Assembly (NCBI GenBank): GCA_046563655.1
Contig: CM102285.1
Span: forward strand, 8,680,001 to 8,744,000
Length of the DNA stretch: 64,000 nt
Direction: 5' to 3'
Source of the DNA: Yuukianura sp. NJ FZ-2021
Taxonomy: Eukaryota
The position numbers and the translations under genes were made by a program. The notes under the pieces are model-generated. The model was not told the origin of the DNA. It saw only the letters and a program-made list of their open reading frames with translations, and searched no databases. This document shows, piece after piece, positions 36,876 to 49,723 of the stretch. How positions within the stretch are numbered: the stretch's first letter is position 1; every line of letters starts with the position of its first letter.

Positions 36876-38501
36876 TGTCGTGGTATACTTGGGTGCAGAG
36901 AAATGAAAAATAAAAATCAGAAAAATCTGAAGAGACAAATTCACTGCCCAAGGTAAGGGCGAAAGAAAGGCGTGTACAGAAGCCCAATTAAATGCTGCTA
37001 CACTTTCACACTCAGCCTTTGCAAAATTTCATAACTATAATACAAATTTTCACTGGAATGTTCAAAGTGAACACTACTTTCACAGTGTAATACTATTATA
37101 AAACAGCGAACTGAATGACAGGTTGAGAAAAATATATAGAAAAAAAGTGAAAGTTCGAAACTGAAATCTATTCAAAAACTAAACCAAAATTACTCACATT
37201 AGTTATGGTTTCATTTGGAAGAACATTTTCAAATTCCTGTCGCCTTTTACAATAAGCGATTGTAGCCATTTTTTGAACCTTTGTGTTACCAACTTAATTT
37301 AGTGGTCTTGAACATATGGACTAGGACTAGTGTAGTCTCAAAAGAAAATGTTTGGAAATAAATTTTGAAAAACTTAAATGAATTTTTGAAAATCGGAAAC
37401 AAAACAGACTTGAAAACCGACAACATTGTAAATGTAATGTAAACGTAACCTAACTTTCAAAAATGTTGCAGCGAGTGCACCGAACTTTCTCCGCCTGAGG
37501 CTTCTGACTATGCGAGGCACAAGAGGACTTGAAGTTCCCTAGACTTTCTTTTCAAATGTATTTCTACTTATTGTGATTAATTAATTTCTACATTGCTGCA
37601 GCTTCAGAATTTAGGCTTTGTGAATGAAACCTGTCTACGTCACGGGTTCTGCCCGACGTCACCCCTTCCATGAGGCTTTAACTTGCCACGCAGCTTTCTC
37701 CAGCAAACTTCCTTCCTTTCATCAATGAATATCTTTGTCGATAGTGCGTTCGTCGGGAACGGAAGAGAAAGTATGTCAGGGTAGAAATTGAGCCATTTCC
37801 TTACGCATGTTTCCCTAACTTCGTACGCACTTACTGTGATACTTTTTCCATCAATGACGCTCGCTTTCTCCAGCTTAAAATTCTATTTTGGAACTGTTGT
37901 TCCATGTTATGTTCCTTAGAAAAAAGGCGTCTAAAGAAAGCATTCCTGCAACTACTTTCTGCCCAATCAATTCTGACGTAGAACTTTCTCAACCAAGCAT
38001 TGTGTTTGACATTCCCTTGAATGCTAAATGTTTATTTCCCAATTGAATTTCCAATTCAAACAGTGACGACTGACTGCTTTATTTGGAGAGTCGATACAAA
38101 CAACCCACTTATTGGTAAACACGTCGGAAGACCGACGACATTTCTTGTGTACTTTTGTTTATTATTAAACTTCCATTCATTTCATGTTTCGTTTCTTACT
38201 AAAAATATTGATTTCTTTTGTTGAGTCTATTACCGTAAAAAGGGGTTGGGCTACAAAAGAATACAAAAGTAAAGTTTTAAAAATATTATATTAATTAGAA
38301 AAAGAAGTAAAGCACTAAATACTACTACTGCGGAGGGGAATGAATGGACGAAGCTTACTCTAAAACTTCGCGCGTACATTTGACTGTTTCTTCAGTTGCA
38401 TTTTAAAAAAGTCTAAAGGGGCGGGGTAGTTAATAAAATTCCAGTGGAAATAAATACACTAGCTTGGCATTTATGAGGTAAAAAGTTAAAAAAAGAGTCT
38501 G

Positions 38502-41500
38502 TTAGGAATTGTTATTGTTCCGGCGATGCATGTCATGTCCATGCGGAGGTGGCGGAGGGGGGCCTAAATCCGGGTCACGCTGATTCGGATCTAACCATGC
38601 AGAACGTCGACTTGGTTGAATCACGTATAATTCATCTTCATCATTAACGAATCCCTGAAAAATGAAGACATTTCGAGCATGAAATTATGAAAATTTTCCA
38701 TTTTTGATTTGAAAAATTTCAACAGCGACAATTTTACCTGATTAGTAAAGTCAATATTTGTGACTTTAGGTTTAGGAGCCTTTCCTCTGGTACGTGACTG
38801 AACTGAGGTCACGGGTGCATGCTGTCCATTCCCTACACCAGGAGGAGGGGGACCCTTGAGGGTCTCCATTTGTGACTTTTTACGTTCAGCATGAGAAGTT
38901 CTACGTTCCAGTACATTACTACGACGTTCCTTCAAGGCTTGGAAGGTCACTTGAAAATTATCACCACCAAAAAGTCTTGCTTGTTTGTCCGGGGCTGGAA
39001 ATAGAACAAAGTGTGCCGTTGTTCATTAAAATTTGCCAAAAATAAGTTCATTCATAGTTGTTCTTTCATAACCACACTTACAATTGAGTATTTCTTTGAA
39101 TCGACGCTCAAATGCCACGTCCAGCGTCCCAACTTGCTTTCTCGCGTTCTTCTGTTTCTCAAGAGCGTGAATTGTTTTCCTTCGAGCAACGTCACCAGGT
39201 ACAATGTGCCGCCCATTGTCACTGTCACCTGTTGCCAAACAAATGGAAATGTCACATTAGGAACACAAACAAAAACTACGACGTAGAAATGAAAGTGCTT
39301 TCTATCATTCTCTTAAGGTCATTCATACATTAGCAAAAGCTTACCATCAAAGTTCTTCAGCTTTTGGAATCTACGTATGAGTCGTACTCCATCACGATCC
39401 ACTGCAGCATCGGTTGTGGTTATAACATCAGCTTCTTTTCCAAAGCTTGTTACTTCGGTTGCAGCAAGGATATGCGACAGTGTTCCAAAACGATGAAACA
39501 GCATAGCCATAAACTGAATGATAAGAATGAGGGCAAAGAATCCAACGAAAACTAAACCAATTGGTTCCAATTGCAAATATTCCTTGGTAATATAAAGCTA
39601 GAAACAGAAAAACAGCAATCAAATTCGCTTCTTCACCAATGTACTTTAGTAATTCTAAAAAATTTCACTTTACATCGCCATTGTCCGTGAGTGTCACGTT
39701 AGTCTTGATTCCAAATGGCCACTTGATGTGTAGCTGCTCTTTGTTCAATTGCATCAAAAACACTATAATTATGAAGATGGCATTGATCATCATGAAGAAG
39801 AACACGGAACGGTCACGGAGTTCGCGCAGTCCTTGAGCAATTACAGCCTGTTAGGATACAACAAATGGCGAGAGCAGGACACATACAAGAAAAATAAACA
39901 ACAACAACACATTAGATGCACAATAAAGCCAGAGTGTTAATAGTTTAATTGAAACATTTTGCTTACCTCTTTCTTAGCATCAGCGTTAATTGGTGCTAAA
40001 TACTTTTCAATCAGATCCTTCCAGAACGTAATTTCAGTTCCGTTGAGAAAATCAACCACCCCTCCTTTCAAGTCCTTATCGTTAATCCAGAACGGATTTA
40101 TCAAATCGTTTCGATCATTCCGTGTTTCAGATGAAGAACTTCCAGCGTCCTCATCCTCATCTTTGTGTTCCACTTCTCCAGACTTGTGGTCAGTTACGGC
40201 AGTACCGGAGTGGTCCGCACCACGCGGTGACATAAGCATAGACGGAACTGCTGTCGATTTCTTTCTTCCTGCGACAGGCATGTCCAACGTTCTGAAAACA
40301 CGGAAAGAGGACTTTACAAATCTATTCCAAACAATACTGTTGATCGTCATTACTTTTCAATTGAATCCAAGCGACTTCCAACTTCAGACAAAGAGTCTGC
40401 GATACGAAGTAGCTGCTGACGTTCATCAATAGTTTTGGGTTGAGTACAGCACATGATTTTGAATAGTCCAGCAAATGAAAACTCCAGTGACCCCTCAGTG
40501 TCATCCGCATTCTTCCCAGGAAGGAATCCTAGAAAACCGCCTTTCTTGGCATTCTTCTTCGCTTCCTCCGCCTTTTTCTTTTCAGCTTCCAGTTCCTGTT
40601 TCAAAAAATACCGTTAACTGCATTGCTGTCACTATTTTGTGATTTGATTATGATTTGTGTGTATTGCAGAACTTGATATGAGAATATTTATGTCGTACCT
40701 GCTTAGATTTTTTGGTAGCCACTTCTCGAGTACCCCAAGAGACGACATTGAGATTGATGAGAGAGTAAATAATCAAAAGCAAGTACATGGACGGAATTAG
40801 CAGCAAGTACAGCAATCCAGGAACGATGCACCAGAATTCTTGCGGATGAAGTAGCGCTGCTATAAAGAACGATCCGGATAACGATATCAAGAAAATGGCC
40901 GAAGGTGAACCGATCCCGTCCTCTCCCAACTGCAAAGCGGTACCAACCAGGACGGCCATCATAACCAGTGCGTAACCCGTCGACAGTATTTGAGCCACCA
41001 GCAGCTATAAAAACAATGCGTGAATTAGTACAAAAATTCCACCTACAACATTGTTGACAAAACAGGAAATGTACTTGAAAGTTGGACTTGAAGCAGAAGC
41101 AGACGATGATGAAGATTGAAATGGGAATGATATTCCAGTAAAAGCTGGTCCAATTGTCAATTCGAAATGCAGCCACGAACGCACCCACCAACATAAGAAA
41201 AATAGTTCCTGGACCCAGGATCGTTCCACCCATCAACATGATTTGGTACATGATATAGGGCATAGAAATGTCCGGATTGACTTTGATTGTCCTCTTATAG
41301 TCCATCAACAGATCCATGATGTTGGCCATTGTAGATGGAACCCATCGACGACGCTGATTATAAAATTCGTTGAATCCCTCTGGGCAGTGCGTTTTGGCGT
41401 CACTTGCAGCTGAATATTCGACACGGTAACCTCGTTGAAGCAGTAAAGTACACAACCAACGATCTTCGCCCTGATCGTATTGAACGTAGTGTCGTGGTTC

Positions 41501-44500
41501 GTCAGATCGAGTTGTGTATTTGGCCATGACGTTGTCGTCCATCAGGGCTTTTCCACGGAAAAGAGAGAAGCATCCGGGAGAACAAAGTACGCAACCAATC
41601 ATGTGCTCGGTGGCTTTTTGGAGCCAATGACCAATGGCGTATTCGAACATTTGATACCACATCATAGGCCCTGAGAAAAGAAAAAATACAAAATTAAGCT
41701 GAAATTCTAACTTGTGACAATCAAAATTAGGTTCTCTCTTACCGCTTCCAATCGGATGAATTCGTCCGCAAGCAGCTCCGAGATTCTTGTTTTTCTTCAT
41801 TAAATCTACAAGGAGTTCGACAGCATTTGGATGAAAGTCAATGTCACCGTCAAGTGTCAGCAAGTAAGTGTTTTCTGCGATCGTTTCCTTCCTAGAAACT
41901 GGAATGCTCAACTCCATAAGCCGATGTCCCAGAAGGTAGTACATGTACATCACTTGACTCCATCTCTTTCTGTGACGGATCTTGTCCTTATCCTTCAAGT
42001 GGGCAATCATCTTTGTTTTCCCAGGCAAAATCCATTCTAGGCGACCACCGTACGGAGTCGGAATTTTCTTCGGCGGACGAATACGAACTTGCGTTTCATG
42101 GACACGGCAAGCAGCTTCCTCAATGATTTCCACCATTAATTTGACAAAGGGATTCACAATAACTGGTGAGTTTTCTTCTCCTTCATCTCTCAGTTCAAAT
42201 GCATCATCAAAAAAGATGTGAGCTACAAAATGTAAATTAAAAATTAATTTGTTATTCGAATCCTCATGTAATTTGTTTGGCACTTACTCTCAAATTCGTA
42301 ATATCCAGGATCCACTACTGCAAAATACTTAAGAGCCACCCGTCGAGCACATTGATCTTCATCCATGCGAAAAATACTTTTGAGCATTTCCATCATTTCA
42401 TCCTTCGTTTCGTGCCACATTGTGGCGCAGGCGTAAATCCTTGGAATCGTATCAGTCTTGAATTTATTTTCAGTTGAGCCCTTGTGTGACGACGTGTCAA
42501 TGGATCGAATTTCTTCATAATCCGTATCCGCTGCTTCCTGTTCCACCTCATCCGTTCGAATGTCATTGTCATCTTCTCGCTTTCGGTTGAGTGCCAATGA
42601 CTGATCAATCAGCATGGCGTTGTACATGGGAGTAACGAAAAGGCGTTCGGTACTGGCCAAACGCTCGCATTTTGGAGTCCAAATATGGAGGGCTATCCAG
42701 GTCTGAGAAAGCAGCCACAACAACCATATCCAACCATACTAAAAAAAATGAAAATTCAACAGTTAATCCAATGAAATTGAAAAATATAAGTTTAAATTGA
42801 GCATGTCAAAGCTAACCTCTTTGCCAATGAATCCAGAAATGAATTCTCCTTTGGGGCATGACCAAAAGATGTACTGCGGAAGATGTGCTTCCCAAAAGCA
42901 AGGACTTTCAGATCGTAGACCGCAGAGGGAGATTAGCAGAGACAAGGTGACCGGAACGGCTAAACTCACTGGGAAGGCAAAACTGAATCCTTGGATGCAA
43001 ATCTTACAAGCGAATTTTCCAAAGATGTAGCAAATGTACGCCGCCAGAATTTGGATAAACAGGGTATGTCGAACAGCAGTTGGAAAAGAGTTTTCATGGA
43101 TAATTTCTTCCAGAAAACCTTGACCCGGAATGTCTGGCGACGTTCCAGCACCAAATATTGAACGGACCTGCGCCAAAAAGTGTTATGTTTAATCAAACCC
43201 AGTGCATAGAACTAGAATGCTGGAAAACTTTGTTACCTCTGTAATATTGATAGGATGGGTTGAAAACGAAGATGTGAAGTGGCTAAAAGTATTTCCCGTG
43301 CTGTATCCAAGGAGCCAGACGGAAAACATCATCGAAACGAAAAATACAAGCATTTTCCACAGAGAAATGAAAACGTAGGTGAAATAACGCGTTTGAATAA
43401 GAACTTTGCGCATATCTCCAAGTTTGCGAATAAAGCCATAAGGTGAAGAACTGTCTACAAAGTTTTCCCACCAACCGCACGATATGAGAAATGCGGAAAC
43501 GGGAAGTAACCATCCACGACCTTTGGGTTCTGTCAAAATTGGCCACAGAAATAAACCTGACACTTGGAAAAGAATTGCCAAAGTGTCAATTGAGCACTGG
43601 ATGATCCACTTCCCTCGGCCATCTTTGTTTGGATGGCGACTCAGCATTCCTATAGATAAAATCACCATGAAATGACGCAGAGCTCGAACTTTAAAACGTT
43701 TGAGCAACTGTCTATCGTTTTTCTTACCAAAAATAGCTGGAACTAGACAGACGCAGTTAGTGAGCATGATTCCTTTGACTACATCGACAGACGGAAGAAC
43801 AGCGAACACGAATAGTGCGAGCCCAACTACATGGCAAGTCTAGAAATACCGTAACAATATTAGTATAACCCTTGGCGCGTATTTTCAAATTGAAAAAGAT
43901 ATGAACGCCTATGATTTATAAAAATACCTCAAAGAAGAAGGGAATGAAGAATTGCAGGGTCGAAGGTCGGCGACAGGACTTGAAAACGCAAATTCGGAGA
44001 GCTCTGATGAAACTCCCTACTTCGGGTACCATAAATGCAAACATAATGGCCCATGTCCAAGAGACTCTCTCCACCTCTGAGATAGACGCTTCAAAGGTTT
44101 TGTCTCGACCTAAAACAGAGATCATTTGTTCAGCATCAATACAAAACAGAAACAATGGATTAGATTTATTAGGGGCAGGCTTCTGCTTAACACTTTAGAC
44201 AACTTCTGTAAAAAGATATTCATCAGGAATTGACCAATTGACGTCTGAGGCTCCATAAATCTTACCATACTTCCTATTGCAAATAGGAACTTTTCGTTGT
44301 GGTTCCAACTGGGAGGTCATGAGAAGGAGACTTGCCTTGGCAAAGACTGCCCCACCCAAAACGACCAGAAAAGTGACAATGTAGGCCAGGATCTGGAACA
44401 ATGGTAAAAATCAAGGATACAGTCACATGTCACAATTAGCAAATGAGTGTTTAGTCTAAGGTCACATCGTGTCCGATTGTTAAAAAAGTGATTTACTTTG

Positions 44501-45315
44501 AGACTTTTGATGATGAACATGTAACATGTTTGGTCCTCCAGCGATTCATTTTCAGCCTCATCCGGAAGATTCCGAAACACGTCCCACCCCCAAGTGTTTT
44601 TAGGATCCGTCTTCTGACTGCGGAAATTAAAAATCCATCAATTCAATTAAAATTGAGTAGCTCACATATTTGGAAGTGCGTCTAACTAACAATTATTTGA
44701 TGTCATGATAAAAACAACAACAGAAAATCAAGTTTTCCAATTCTTTGAGCACTTTTTGTCTGTTACACTTTGTGTAACGTGGCAATTATGGTCGTCAAAG
44801 GGGCTGAAGGTCACCAAAGTACACTTCGTACATTACAAAGAGCCTCAAGTCCCTTTCGGCTCCTTCCTTGACTTTAATAGCTCACAATTGTATTTCGTTA
44901 TTCTTTCAAAGTCCTCACTGAAAACTTTTTGTTTTTAGAGATCCGCTTTTGTTTCAGCTTCAGAATACCAAAATACTAATTTCAAGCTAATTTCCTCAGT
45001 CGAAAAACTGTCAACGTCATTCCAAGGCCATAAAAGTGAATATCAAGGCCGAGAAATGCCACAAAGTAGCAAAGTTTTTAGAATTTTCGAAATTCCAACA
45101 TTTCGAAAACTTTATAATCGAAATTCTCAGAAGTACTCTTAACTTGAATTTCGAAATCTCTGGCTATTGTTTGAGGGCAAATGAAAGCCAAATAAGGTTT
45201 AATCGTAAGTGATCGTTTACCTGCCACCGTAGATGTCATGTGGATTGGTCAACGGAACGCGTTCATCATCCTCAGAGTATTCTGGTTCAGAGAGATCCAT
45301 TCTCATTGAAGGCAT
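38502..45315 (-). CDS. CHS1: Chitin synthase 1 (class A / kkv-type), multi-exon
   Basis: First coding exon 45315-45221 (MPSM..HDIYGG), then 44617-44497 (WGWDVF); last exon 38654-38502. Catalytic motifs CATMWHET, LDGDIDF, QYDQGEDRW, QRRRW and SWGTRE, plus LEPIGLVF and MLFHRFGT. The N-terminal DIYGGS..GWDVF pattern is CHS1-like. Confidence 0.95.
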
Positions 45316-48300
45316 TGTTGTCTCTTCTAGAAAACTTCAGAGATGATGGATGAAGCAGAAGTGGCAAATGTTCTTAGAAGACCACTCTCTACAGATTAAT
45401 CAAAAACTGTCTCATTATTCTCATAGTCAAAGTTAATTTTCAATTAAGAAGTTTTAAGACTCAAGCGATTTTCACTCAATTCATAACAGAAGACATACTT
45501 AAGTTAGTGTACATGCATTCTAAAACAAAAGGCTAAGACAATGGTCCACTCATCCTTGCTAATAATCAGAAATTCGAATCAGTCATGATTAACATTGAGT
45601 CGGTTGACATAAATCCACTTTTATCCGAACACATTTTTCACAATAGTCTGAACATTGATGTCAATTTAAAAGCGAACCTTGTTAAGCACTGCTGTGACCA
45701 GTACGTGCCTCTTTCTCTTTCTGGATCAAGTTCAACTGTGTTTGAAAAGCATTGGTGGACCAAGCGATTTTGACGCTAACCAAATCCAAATCGCTTTTTG
45801 AGGTAAAAAAATAAGTTGAAGGACGCTTCAGGCCGTTTGAAGTTTCTGGGGTATTTTGAGAGCTTGTGGAATGTTCTTTCTATTTTGGGGGTAAATCTTA
45901 AGGTGTTAAATATAAAGTGGTTGGTGAATGGATACTTTGGTAAGTGTAACAATGGGGGTGAGAGGGTGGGGGATGGTGTAATATTTAGAAATGAAATGAA
46001 CGTAAAGTAGGACAGAAGGGTTCCACTCCTTGAGCATTTGTTCTTCTGTCCACTACTGCCCTACTTTTACAAATATCCTTCAACAACTTATTTTAGACTC
46101 AGAAAATCAAAATAAAAATTTAAAAAAGGAAAAAAAAAACTCAAAATACCCCATCCACCGCCGAAGAAAAACAATTTTCGCACACATTTTCGATTTTTCG
46201 CGAGATCTAATGCTGCTTTCTGCTTTCAAACAAATTTTCCGGTTCACCCTAAAGCGAGAACCAAGAAGCTTGTGATTTTCAGGAAGAAGCAAAAATTAAA
46301 CTTTGAGAACTTTTTTTCAAAAAAAGTTTCAGTTGGAAAACGTTGAATAGATTTAAGTTAGCCTTTGAATGCAAAGTTCCAAGAAGAATAACCTGGATAA
46401 CATAAGGTTATCCATTGTTTCGTTCTAAAAATTGACTTTAAAACGCAATGTTAAACGAAAATTGTTCGAGTTTTTTAAGATTGTGAGATTAAGTGGAGTG
46501 TCCCTGAAAATGACCGTAAAAAGTAGAGGTCAATGGTAACTTGGGAATGGAATGGCAGCAGGACAAGGAACTCTTTCTGGACACGACAAAAAAGTTAAAC
46601 TCACACGCACTATTGCATCCGCAGGAACTTTGTAACAAAAAACGGAAAGCCTTTACACATCCATCATCTTCCAAGCTTTTGTCATTCCTCTTGATCTTCA
46701 ACAAAGCATCACATCTTTACAATCACAAAGCTTAAGTCATGCATTCTTCCTCAGAAAGTTTTTAGAAATTCAAATCCAAAAAAGTTTCAAAATTTGTGCT
46801 TACGTTGCCTATGATTTCCATTCCTTCTCAATAAATTCCACTCATGACACAACTTCACTGCATCTCTCAACACACTAACAAATTTCCCAATTTAGTCAAT
46901 TTCGAGAGAGACTTAGTAATAAAAGTTGTTTCTTGTGGGCAACCAGAAATTTGGAAATTGGCACTCTGTGTTAGTAGGATTCACTTGAGGAGTAATCGTG
47001 CTTTAATTGTAGTAAACGTAATTACACTTGGAAATTACTACTTCCGTTTCCCTCCTACAAAACTGCAACAATGGTTGTTTCTGGCCTAATGATTTGAAGG
47101 AAACACAGGAAAGCTTGGCGTTGTTCTCAGTTTCAGAAAATCTTAGGAAATCACTGCCGTACTGCCAGCAACAAACTGACAATGGTCGAGTAAAGTAAAA
47201 ATTTAGCAGAGAAGGTAAGACAGAGGTAAGATCTGCATGTAGTAGGGGTTGGTTTCAGTTAGAAATCTACTGAATAAGCTCCTTCTGGCTATGAACGAAA
47301 ACCCCAGGACGTTCAAGAACGTTCCCCCATACACTTTAATGTGTCTTTGCTTGTACTAGAAGGGACTTTGGACAGTTTACAATGCAATATTCTTCAAATG
47401 AAAAAGAAATCATCCATCAAAGACGTTAGTGCAAGGTTCCCAAGGTGTGCTCAGCAGCAGTCTAACTTTCACTTTTCATTTTCAAAAGGACGCTAAATCT
47501 CTAATGTGCTCTTGACTTTAGCCTATCATCATCCCCCTCCCTCCTGACTACCCCAAGATCTGTTTCTTGACTTTGATGTGCCAAAATACACCGCAATTTT
47601 CATAGACCACATACACATTAAACTTGTTTCCACATAATTGCAAATTGTCAACTTGCTTTATATGGATTTGCATCCTCTGCCAAATGTCTTGAAGCGACAC
47701 CAGCAACCTAATTTGCCTAAGCCGACTCACATTAATAGAAAACTTTTCTTTTCAATTTTCAACCTTGCAAAAACTATTGGCGCATTCAAACTTTGAATTT
47801 CACAGCTTAAGGAAATGAAATTCTATCCAGAGTTAGATGTAGCATGCACAAATCTATTTCCAACACAAACTGGAACATGAAGCTTTTTTACGACAAAGTC
47901 AATTACGCTGTACAACTTCTACACAATAAGCAGGGATTTAGGGTAATTCTTCAATCCAATTTGCAAAATGTTGCGTAAACGTAAGTCGAGATGACTTTGC
48001 AGTAAAGGAAGGTAGCTGTACAATCGCCTAGCATTAAGGTAGTAGGATTAGGAAACTGTATCGATTAAGCGAATGTCTGAACCTAATTTTCTATTGTAAA
48101 ATTGTATAGGAAGTGTGATTAATATGAGGTGTAGGCTTAAAATGGACTTTGGCGTGTGTGTGAACGTGTGAAAAGGGAACTCGTCACGCCCAAAATCCCT
48201 ACAAAGTCTTAACTTGCCCTTCTACTATGCTTTCAAAATTTGTTTTAAAAGTAAAAAAAAAGTAATTGTTGTATGTTTTCATTGTTGTAAATTCTTTCCT

Positions 48301-49723
48301 GTAAATACTAAAGGGAAACAGAAATCATGACGCATCAATTCTAGTCTAAAATCTACGGGCTAACAACCTCTCTCGTCTTCCAGGAACACTCTAAATTGCA
48401 CAATGCAGTCCAACAACTTTTTTTTTTGTAAAAATTTAGTCCAAAACACTCCAAAAAAACATTCATCACTCAGAAGGTGTCAAAATTATACAAAGTGCTC
48501 TTTATCACTCCGAAAGATTCAACAACATTACGTCTACCTTGGCATAAGGTACGCACAAATTCCACGTGGAGTCACTTACTAAGCAAGGATTGTTTTGCAA
48601 AATTTTCAGTTCTAAGGTACAAAAGGCTTCTACATAGACAATGGAAGAAATATTACAGGAGTCAATCTTTTTTTTTTGCAAAGGTCGAAACCTAGCATTA
48701 GCAAGGTCACGTCACGTTCATTCACATATAAGACTACCAGTTTAGTACGGATCATTTACAAGCTGCTTTACATTTGACTTTACAGACGAAAAATAAGTTT
48801 GAATTGAAGCAAAATTGTAATAAGGTTTGATTGAATGCCAAGAAGAGGAAGATTTTCCGCGTACCAGTTAGTGCTTACAAGTTCATTGAATAAGAATTTA
48901 AGGCATGAATTCCTTCTGAGGGCGTTGGTTATAAAAATTACGGCCTTGAGAAAAGAGATCAAGCACTTGCACTGACAGTATTGAAAGAAAAATCTTTACT
49001 TCTCGATCCATACTGCGGTTTAAAAAAAACGTAACTGTTAATCATTGCAAAATCAAAAGTGAGGAAGCAGACACTGAAAGTAAGTTAAGTTAAAGTAAGA
49101 AGGCAATTAAGGTTAATCGTCAATTACCTTTTGTACTGGATGTTTCTCTCAAACTTGCTCCAGGCACGCCAAAATTAAATACTGGTTTGTTCGAAATTTA
49201 GAAAAGAGACAGAAGAGAGCTAACTTTCAAGATGTGATCACAATCAAATGCTTTCCATTCGTCCGAAACAAAATCCATAAGATCCATCACAAGAGTTTAG
49301 CATTTGACATCTTTCTCTTTTTAAAGTTTTAGAACAAATTCAAATTCAATCAAATCCAACAAGTACTAAATTGAAAATCTGTCATCGAAGCGTTTCAGAT
49401 GCCCCAAGACCAGGACGAGCGGCAGACATACTGAAAAATACGCGACAGGCACGCTGCAAAGAGATTTCTCACTTTCGCATAAATCTAACAACAAAATTCA
49501 TCTTCTTCCACAACGAGATCAACAGCCAAAAAAGTAAAGTAATCAAAAACGTTGAAATAATAGAAATGAAAGAATGCATTTTCCTTACAATCAACAGCCG
49601 TTCGTGTATCCGTTCATGTTTCATGTAAACTCCATATTTTTCTCAACCAAACAGTCATACATACGGTTTTATTAGGATTGATGAAGGAGATAGATAACAT
49701 TTATACTTCTACGATTTTTGTTT

